From Thainema sp. (lineage in GTDB: Bacteria > Cyanobacteriota > Cyanobacteriia > Phormidesmidales > Phormidesmidaceae): a stretch of 43,357 nucleotides of DNA. Under the pieces are notes generated by a model. It had not been told where the DNA came from. It ran no database searches and saw only the letters and a list, made by a program, of their open reading frames with translations. The position numbers were made by a program, and so were the translations under genes. Location of the stretch: assembly GCA_052168235.1 (NCBI GenBank), contig JBQLZK010000063.1:1-43357 (forward strand), given 5' to 3'. Numbering within the stretch: position 1 is the stretch's first letter; the number at the start of each line of letters is the position of its first letter. Shown here one piece after another: positions 37,601 to 43,357 of this stretch.

Positions 37601-37628
37601 TACTGAATCCGCTTATACGAACTAGACT

Positions 37629-37675
37629 TGATTTGGAATGAGAAGTCCGCATCACGGACTTCTCATTCCAAATCA
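37629..37675. terminator. Long hairpin after glnA (21-bp arms)
   Basis: TGATTTGGAATGAGAAGTCCG-CATCA-CGGACTTCTCATTCCAAATCA. Confidence 0.65.
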
Positions 37676-37851
37676 GTATTGAAGTTTGTAGGCTGAATTT
37701 TGAATAACAGACAGCTTCTCGGTTAGCCGGATGAGGTCATAACCAGATCCAAAAAGGGCATTGGTTGTCGAGGCTGATAACCAGTGCCTTTTAATTTTGG
37801 CGGAAAACAGGTTCAGAAAATGAATAAACCTGTGCTAGCCTAGATAAGCAA

Positions 37852-37925
37852 CGGGATGTAGCGCAGCTTGGTAGCGCACTTCGTTCGGGACGAAGGGGCC
37901 GCTGGTTCGAATCCAGTCATCCCGA
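37852..37925 (+). tRNA. trnP: tRNA-Pro(CGG)
   Basis: CGGGATGTAGCGCAGCTTGGTAGCGCACTTCGTTCGGGACGAAG...GGTTCGAATCCAGTCATCCCGA; anticodon CGG. Confidence 0.97.
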
Positions 37926-38301
37926 TTTTACTCAAGCCTGCTGTAGAAATACTTTTTAGCTTACGCATTAACCTTTTGATGCTTTTTATTTTGATGCTTC
38001 TTATATTGGTAGTGGTATTCAGATAATAATTTTTTAGGGCACCACACACACACCTAAAAATCATTACCCTTTGAGGACTGCCAAAAATTCAACATGTAGA
38101 AGATAAAGTGCGATCGCAATGAGTCAAAAGATTCATAGACGGCGGTAAACAGTTCTAGGTAATTGACCATTGGCTAGACGGAGGGCTGCACAGGTTTCAT
38201 AGCTCTCTACAGTCTGTACCTATCGATGGAACGCAATATGGCACTACGCGCTGTGAATGGCTTAAGACTTACGCACTTTACGGTTCAAAGCGCTGGTTTT
38301 A

Positions 38302-38338
38302 GATGATTGTGGGGGTGCCTAGCACCCCCACAATCATC
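38302..38338. repeat. Palindrome (17-bp arms), possibly the core of a decayed MITE
   Basis: GATGATTGTGGGGGTGC-CTA-GCACCCCCACAATCATC. Confidence 0.75.
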
Positions 38339-38391
38339 CAAGTGCTTCAGTCCTGTGACTTTGCCTGGGACGAAGTATGACGCACTGTCTT

Positions 38392-38420
38392 TTGACAAGT
38401 CTTGATGAATCGTTTAGATT
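38392..38420 (+). promoter_or_regulatory. Sigma70-type promoter of mbnP-mbnH
   Basis: TTGACA, 17 nt, TAGATT; ends 54 nt upstream of the ATG. Confidence 0.65.
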
Positions 38421-38474
38421 GCGGTGTTGTGCTTGCTTGAACCCGTTTAAGCAGTTAAAACGGTTCTTTGACTT

Positions 38475-39446
38475 ATGATCCATTCCAATCTGTTTACACC
38501 AGCCGCATTAGCTTTCTCCGGCGTCGTGCTGCTTGCTCAACCGATCGGCCTTGAGCACTCGGTTAGTGCTGCTGACACTCAACCCGTAACCATCCGTTTT
38601 CAAGCTAAGGTTGGCGATCAACCATTTAGCTGTGGTCAAAGCTACACGCTCGGCACAACTGCAAGCAGCGTCACTCCACTGGACTTCCGTTTTTATGTAT
38701 CTGACGTTGCGTTAGTCGATGCGGATGGGAATACCGTGCCGCTGACGTTAGAGCAAGATGGTCGATGGCAGTACGAATCGGTGGCGCTGCTTGACTTTGA
38801 AGACAAGTCTGGTGGATGTGCCAATGGCACCGTGGAAACGAACGATCGGATTGTTGGCACCGTTCCCGCTGGAGACTACACGGGGCTACAGTTCACGGTC
38901 GGTGTCCCGTTTGAGTTGAATCACGCGGATGCAACCCTAGCGGCTTCGCCACTCAACCTCACCTCGCTCTGGTGGAACTGGCAGTTAGGCTATAAGTTTG
39001 CCCGAATCGACCTCAGCAACCAGATCCAAACTGGCATGCTCCCTAACGCCTCTGCTAAGCACGAAGGCAGCCATCAATCGCCCGGTGACGGACACAGCCA
39101 AGAGCAGCACTCGCCGCATGGGGAAGAATCCAGCATGCAGGCATTCTTCATCCATCTGGGCAGCACTGGCTGCGAGAGTGCAGAGGGCACTCAACGTCCA
39201 CTCAGTTGCAGCAATCCGAATCGATCAACGATCACTCTGACCGGATTTGATCCCAGTCAGAATGTGATTGTGGCGGATTTAGCCTCGCTGGTTGCAGATA
39301 CAGATCTCAGTATGAATCAACCGAACACAGCTCCTGGCTGCATGTCTGAACCCAATGACAGCGATTGCAGCGGCATTATGGATGCGCTTGGGTTAGCCTT
39401 TAATGGCACAGCCGCTCAGCAGCAGACCTTCTTCAACGTGGAATGA
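38475..39446 (+). CDS. mbnP: MbnP-family metal-binding protein
   Basis: Signal peptide; DFRFYVS, LLDFED, GVPFELNH, WWNWQLGYKF (WxW), IHLGSTGC, CSNPNR and PGCMS. Confidence 0.88.
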   Translation: MIHSNLFTPAALAFSGVVLLAQPIGLEHSVSAADTQPVTIRFQAKVGDQPFSCGQSYTLGTTASSVTPLDFRFYVSDVALVDADGNTVPLTLEQDGRWQYESVALLDFEDKSGGCANGTVETNDRIVGTVPAGDYTGLQFTVGVPFELNHADATLAASPLNLTSLWWNWQLGYKFARIDLSNQIQTGMLPNASAKHEGSHQSPGDGHSQEQHSPHGEESSMQAFFIHLGSTGCESAEGTQRPLSCSNPNRSTITLTGFDPSQNVIVADLASLVADTDLSMNQPNTAPGCMSEPNDSDCSGIMDALGLAFNGTAAQQQTFFNVE

Positions 39447-40603
39447 TGCGTCGGTTTTCAGCTTTTGCGATCGCATGTTTCGCTTCATTTCTAATCTCGA
39501 TTGGGTTCAGCTCTGTCTTAGCTGCATCACCATCTGAGGTGGCTAGCTATCAGTGGAATCTGCCCGATTGGACGCCTAGACCCGTCGTGCCTGAGGACAA
39601 TCCCATGAGTCAGGCAAAGGTTGAGCTAGGCAGGCATTTGTTCTATGAAAAGCGTCTCTCGGTGACCGGAGATTTTTCCTGCGGTTCCTGCCATCTACAA
39701 TCACGGGCGTTTACTGATGGCAAACTCGTTGGCGTGGGGGCAACAGGAGAATCACATCCCCGCAACTCCATGAGCCTGACCAATGTGGCCTACAGCTCTG
39801 TGCTGACGTGGGCCAATCCGCTGATGACCACGCTGGAGCAGCAGGGGTTAGTGCCGTTGTTTGGTGAGCATCCAGTCGAGCTGGGCATGGTGGGCCGAGA
39901 AACTGAAATCCTGACCATGCTGCGGGATGATCCCCACTATCGGCAGATGTTTGCCGCCGCCTTTGGCGAAGGCGATCAGAATATTAATGTGAATCATTTG
40001 ATGAAAGCGATCGCATCGTTTGAGCGGGCGCTCGTTTCCTTCAATTCGCCCTACGATCGCTATCGTTACAACGGTGAGGCAAACGCGATTTCCGAGTCTG
40101 CCAAACGCGGTGAAGACCTATTTCACAGCGAACGGTTGGAGTGTTTTCACTGTCATGGTGGCTTAAACTTTAGTGACTCCATTCAGCACGAACGGCTGGC
40201 TTTTCAGGAAATTGCCTTTCACAACACCGGACTCTACAACATTGACGGCAAGGGAGCCTATCCACCCAACAACCCAGGGGTGTATGAAATTACCCATGAT
40301 CCAGCCGATATGGGTCGCTTCAAAGCGCCGACGCTGCGGAATATTGAGCTGACCGCTCCCTACATGCACGATGGCAGCGTGGCGACGCTAGAAGATGCGA
40401 TCGCACATTATCAAGCCGGTGGCAGAACGATTGATTCCGGCCCCTATGCTGGCAAGGGCAGCAGCAATCCGCTCAAGAGTCAGTTTATTGCTGGGTTTGA
40501 ATTAACTGAGCAAGAGAAACAAGATTTGCTAGCTTTTCTGCGCAGCTTAACGGATGAAACATTCATCCATAATCCAGCTTTTAGCGACCCATACGATGAG
40601 TGA
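39443..40603 (+). CDS. mbnH: MbnH-family di-heme cytochrome c peroxidase-like enzyme
   Basis: CGSCH and CFHCH heme motifs, LGRHLFYE and FKAPTLRNIELTAPYMHDGS; ATGA overlap with mbnP. Confidence 0.9.
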   Translation: MMRRFSAFAIACFASFLISIGFSSVLAASPSEVASYQWNLPDWTPRPVVPEDNPMSQAKVELGRHLFYEKRLSVTGDFSCGSCHLQSRAFTDGKLVGVGATGESHPRNSMSLTNVAYSSVLTWANPLMTTLEQQGLVPLFGEHPVELGMVGRETEILTMLRDDPHYRQMFAAAFGEGDQNINVNHLMKAIASFERALVSFNSPYDRYRYNGEANAISESAKRGEDLFHSERLECFHCHGGLNFSDSIQHERLAFQEIAFHNTGLYNIDGKGAYPPNNPGVYEITHDPADMGRFKAPTLRNIELTAPYMHDGSVATLEDAIAHYQAGGRTIDSGPYAGKGSSNPLKSQFIAGFELTEQEKQDLLAFLRSLTDETFIHNPAFSDPYDE

Positions 40604-40762
40604 GATCTATTCAGATAATCAGATAGTCTGCCTAAAGCATAACCATTGTAACCGTCGGCCATAACACAACTGTTCTTCAAGCTTTGACATTCCGTCTTTT
40701 GACTCACACAGGCTTCTCGCTGAAAATAAACAGTGGCTAGATTTCATATCAGATCCGTGTAT

Positions 40763-40820
40763 CTCATATCTTGCACCAAAACCCAGAAGGGTTATCAAAG
40801 CGCAAGGTGCAAGATGTGAG
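40763..40820. mobile_element. 58-bp MITE with 15-bp TIRs and a 5-bp target-site duplication
   Basis: TGTAT-[CTCATATCTTGCACC ... GGTGCAAGATGTGAG]-TGTAT; the TIRs have one mismatch. Confidence 0.85.
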
Positions 40821-40960
40821 TGTATAAGAACCTAATTTTTTATGAAATGCTGGCTCCGCCAGCATTTCATAAAAAATAAATGATGGGTTTTCAACCGGAT
40901 TTGATGTAACTTCGAAAGGAACAAAGCCATGTTAATTCTTGCAGATCGCAGTCAGCTCGA

Positions 40961-42172
40961 ATGCTAGACCTTCTACTGATAACTGGACTGGGATTTTTAG
41001 GCAGTTTTGGTCACTGTTTGGGCATGTGTGGCCCTATTACTGTTGCTCTTTCCCTGTCTAACGCCTCTGAATCATCCAGCCGCTGGCATCAGCTGCGCTT
41101 TCATCTGCTGCTGAATCTGGGGCGGATTGTGAGTTATGCCCTGGTGGGAGCGGGCATTGGTGCGCTGGGATCGGTGTTGGTTGCGGGCGGACAAATAGCA
41201 GGCGTCGGTAGCCCATTGCGGCGGGGGATTGCGATCGCAGCTGGCTTGTTGCTGATCTGGTTCGGCCTAGCGCAAATTAGTCCTCAACGGATTCCCAAGG
41301 TGCCATTCCTCAATCCAATGGCTCAGTCGGGACTGCACGATCGGCTTAATCGAGCTATGCAGTCTCTCTCCCTCAACCCTCAATCCTGGACACCGCTGTT
41401 GCTGGGGCTAGCTTGGGGACTGATTCCCTGTGGCTTTTTGTATGCCGCGCAGCTGAAGGCTGCCGAAACGACTAGTCTGTGGACGGGTGGGGCAACGATG
41501 CTGGCTTTTGGGCTTGGCACTCTGCCGATGATGTTGGGGGTGGGGTTGTCTACGTCATTGGTCAGTGCTGACCGACGCGGACAGCTCTTTCGGCTTGGTG
41601 GCTGGATTACAGTAATTATTGGCGTACTGACGGTTGTTCGCAGTGGTGACATGGTGGATTTCACGGGCCATGCCTCGCTGATTTGCCTCATGCTGGCTTT
41701 GATTGCCCGTCCAATCAGTCGTCTATGGCCGCCGCTGTTGCGATATCGGCGCATTTTGGGAGTTGGAGCAGTCCTGCTGGCTGTGGCTCATGTTGCTCAC
41801 ATGCTGGCGATGGGCTGGAATCTAGCAGCACTACCGTTTTTGCTGCCCTATCTACAGGTGGGGGGCTGGGCTGGCATCCTGGCCATCGGGCTGATGCTGC
41901 CGTTGGCACTGACGAGCTTTGACCAGGCTCAAATATGGCTGGCTCATCGCTGGCGACAGTTACATCTGCTCAGCATACCCGCTTTTGGACTAGCGGTACT
42001 GCACGCAATTCTGCTGGGATCGAGCTACCTGGGCGGTTTTGAAGCTGTCAGCTCAAACTATTTGGCCACAATTGGATTGAGCGGCGTAGCGATCGCAACT
42101 TTGCTGATCCGGTGGCGTTTCATTTGGTCGTTATTGTCATTGGGAAAGTTGTATGCACCTTCGAAACATTAA
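40961..42172 (+). CDS. Membrane protein: DsbD/TauE-like N-domain fused to a ferric-reductase-like TM domain
   Basis: GSFGHCLGMCGP, LGRIVSY and GLIPCGFLY; C-part RYRRILGV..H..LALTS..WRQLH..H. Confidence 0.82.
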   Translation: MLDLLLITGLGFLGSFGHCLGMCGPITVALSLSNASESSSRWHQLRFHLLLNLGRIVSYALVGAGIGALGSVLVAGGQIAGVGSPLRRGIAIAAGLLLIWFGLAQISPQRIPKVPFLNPMAQSGLHDRLNRAMQSLSLNPQSWTPLLLGLAWGLIPCGFLYAAQLKAAETTSLWTGGATMLAFGLGTLPMMLGVGLSTSLVSADRRGQLFRLGGWITVIIGVLTVVRSGDMVDFTGHASLICLMLALIARPISRLWPPLLRYRRILGVGAVLLAVAHVAHMLAMGWNLAALPFLLPYLQVGGWAGILAIGLMLPLALTSFDQAQIWLAHRWRQLHLLSIPAFGLAVLHAILLGSSYLGGFEAVSSNYLATIGLSGVAIATLLIRWRFIWSLLSLGKLYAPSKH

Positions 42173-42851
42173 CGTCATGGTCAGGGCGGGTGGCGGAGCC
42201 TTAGCCTGGGTAGCAATCCTGATGGGACAATCGGCTCAGGCGCACAAAACAGAGGTATCAGGGGACGTAGCTGGTACGTGGCACATCGAGCCTAATCACA
42301 GCCCCAAGGCTGGCGAACCGGCCCGAGTTTGGATAGCGCTGACCCAGCAGGGTGGGCAGATAATTCCCCTGGAGCAGTGCGATTGTCAGCTCACTATCTA
42401 TCGGAATACCAGCTCAAGTGCCGACTCTGCCCCCGTGCTGAAACCTTCTCTAGAGGCGGTTTCGCCGGAAAACTATCAAAGTATTCCCGGTGCTGATGTG
42501 GTCTTTCCTGAGGTGGGCGAATATCGGATAGAACTGACGGGGAGTCCCCAAGCTGGAGCAACTTTTACACCGTTTGAGCTGAGCTATACCACGGTGGTTG
42601 CCGCTGGCAGAGCGCCTCAGACGACCGCGTCATCGGCAGAAACTTCTCCGACAGGCGGTTCTCAGGCTGAAGCTCCTGCCGATGGCTCGTCAACTGCTAC
42701 GCTTCAGGCTGATGCCCCTTCTGATCGCCCATTATCAAATCCCACTGGTTTACCTAGCTCTGGCTGGCTAATCGGCGCGGGGATTGGAGTTGCGATCGCA
42801 CTCATTATTTTCGCTGCTTTCTTCCTGCGGCATCACCAGGTTTCTAAATAA
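42153..42851 (+). CDS. Hypothetical exported protein with a C-terminal membrane anchor
   Basis: Signal ending AQA followed by His; WHIEPNHSP; CDC; Ser/Ala/Pro linker; terminal TM helix. Confidence 0.8.
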   Translation: MHLRNINVMVRAGGGALAWVAILMGQSAQAHKTEVSGDVAGTWHIEPNHSPKAGEPARVWIALTQQGGQIIPLEQCDCQLTIYRNTSSSADSAPVLKPSLEAVSPENYQSIPGADVVFPEVGEYRIELTGSPQAGATFTPFELSYTTVVAAGRAPQTTASSAETSPTGGSQAEAPADGSSTATLQADAPSDRPLSNPTGLPSSGWLIGAGIGVAIALIIFAAFFLRHHQVSK

Positions 42852-42992
42852 AACGATGGTGGGGTTGGCTATGAATTCAACAATTCAGGCGTCTAACCTA
42901 TTCGCCGAGTTTCTATCGCAAAGCCGTCGAATCACTCAACTTTTAGATTTGTAGAGCGCTCTCTGCTATCAACTGTGCTATCGTTAGCAGAG

Positions 42993-43170
42993 TATCGGTT
43001 CTGGTGGAAATCAGCCATCAGACGCAAGGGGGAAAGTGCAGTGCGAATCTGCCGCTGTCCCGCAGCTGTAAGCCAATTTTAGATTGTCGATTTTAGATTT
43101 TAGATTGAGTCATTAATCTCCATTCCGAATCCAAAATCCAAAATTGCGTAAGTCAGAATGCCCGCCGATT
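42993..43170 (+). promoter_or_regulatory. Cobalamin riboswitch
   Basis: ATCGGTTCT..AAGGGGGAAAGTGCAGTGCGAATCTGCCGCTGTCCCGCAGCTGTAA..TAAGTCAGAATGCCCGCCGAT (B12-box); the regulated gene lies beyond the window. Confidence 0.88.
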
Positions 43171-43357
43171 TGTAAACCCGTTACATAACCATCTGCGAGG
43201 TACGGATGATGTCTGCTTTAAGTTTTTTACGTTTAATTCGCTTCAGGTATTTGTTATTAAATCCCAGGTTGTAGCATCCTGGCTGATTAACTTATTTCAT
43301 TAAGAACCTATCCGAAAACCGATGTTGTTCGGGAGATGAGTGCGTAAAGTGAAGGTG

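Noticed and set aside
37840..38064. 74-aa minus-strand ORF (likewise 24048-24350)
   Set aside because: These overlap tRNA genes and have no recognisable protein features.
38475..40603. Methanobactin biosynthetic cluster
   Set aside because: No mbnA precursor, mbnB/C or TonB-dependent receptor is present in the window.
37852..43357. Integrated element at tRNA-Pro
   Set aside because: No att duplication or integrase lies within the window, and the downstream genes contain HIP1 sites.

Overview
Chromosomal window from a cyanobacterium, indicated by frequent HIP1 GCGATCGC octamers, CP12, a cyanobacteriochrome and an NtcA promoter. Housekeeping genes are pyrB, moaE, larE-like, a cysteine desulfurase, murE, pyrF/pyrE, glnA, tRNA-Leu(UAG), tRNA-Pro(CGG) and two cp12 copies. 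Accessory modules are interleaved with them. (i) A translationally coupled AddB/AddA-like nuclease-helicase pair in which both subunits carry four-Cys motifs. (ii) An LRR-Roc-COR-2TM (Roco) gene with nine near-identical 69-bp repeats, divergent from a small gene with a long, highly structured leader, next to the 3' end of tRNA-Leu. (iii) A REC-PAS-PAS-CBCR-GAF kinase directly upstream of a KirBac K+ channel. (iv) An MbnP/MbnH pair plus membrane proteins downstream of tRNA-Pro, followed by a cobalamin riboswitch. Features missing from or mis-started in the ORF track include a GAF/7xPAS sensor running off the left edge, a 53-aa rubredoxin and a 37-aa membrane peptide. Intergenic DNA is dense with REP-like and MITE-like elements, one of them nested with a target-site duplication. 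No CRISPR array, integrase or transposase was seen. All family assignments come from motif recognition, not database searches.
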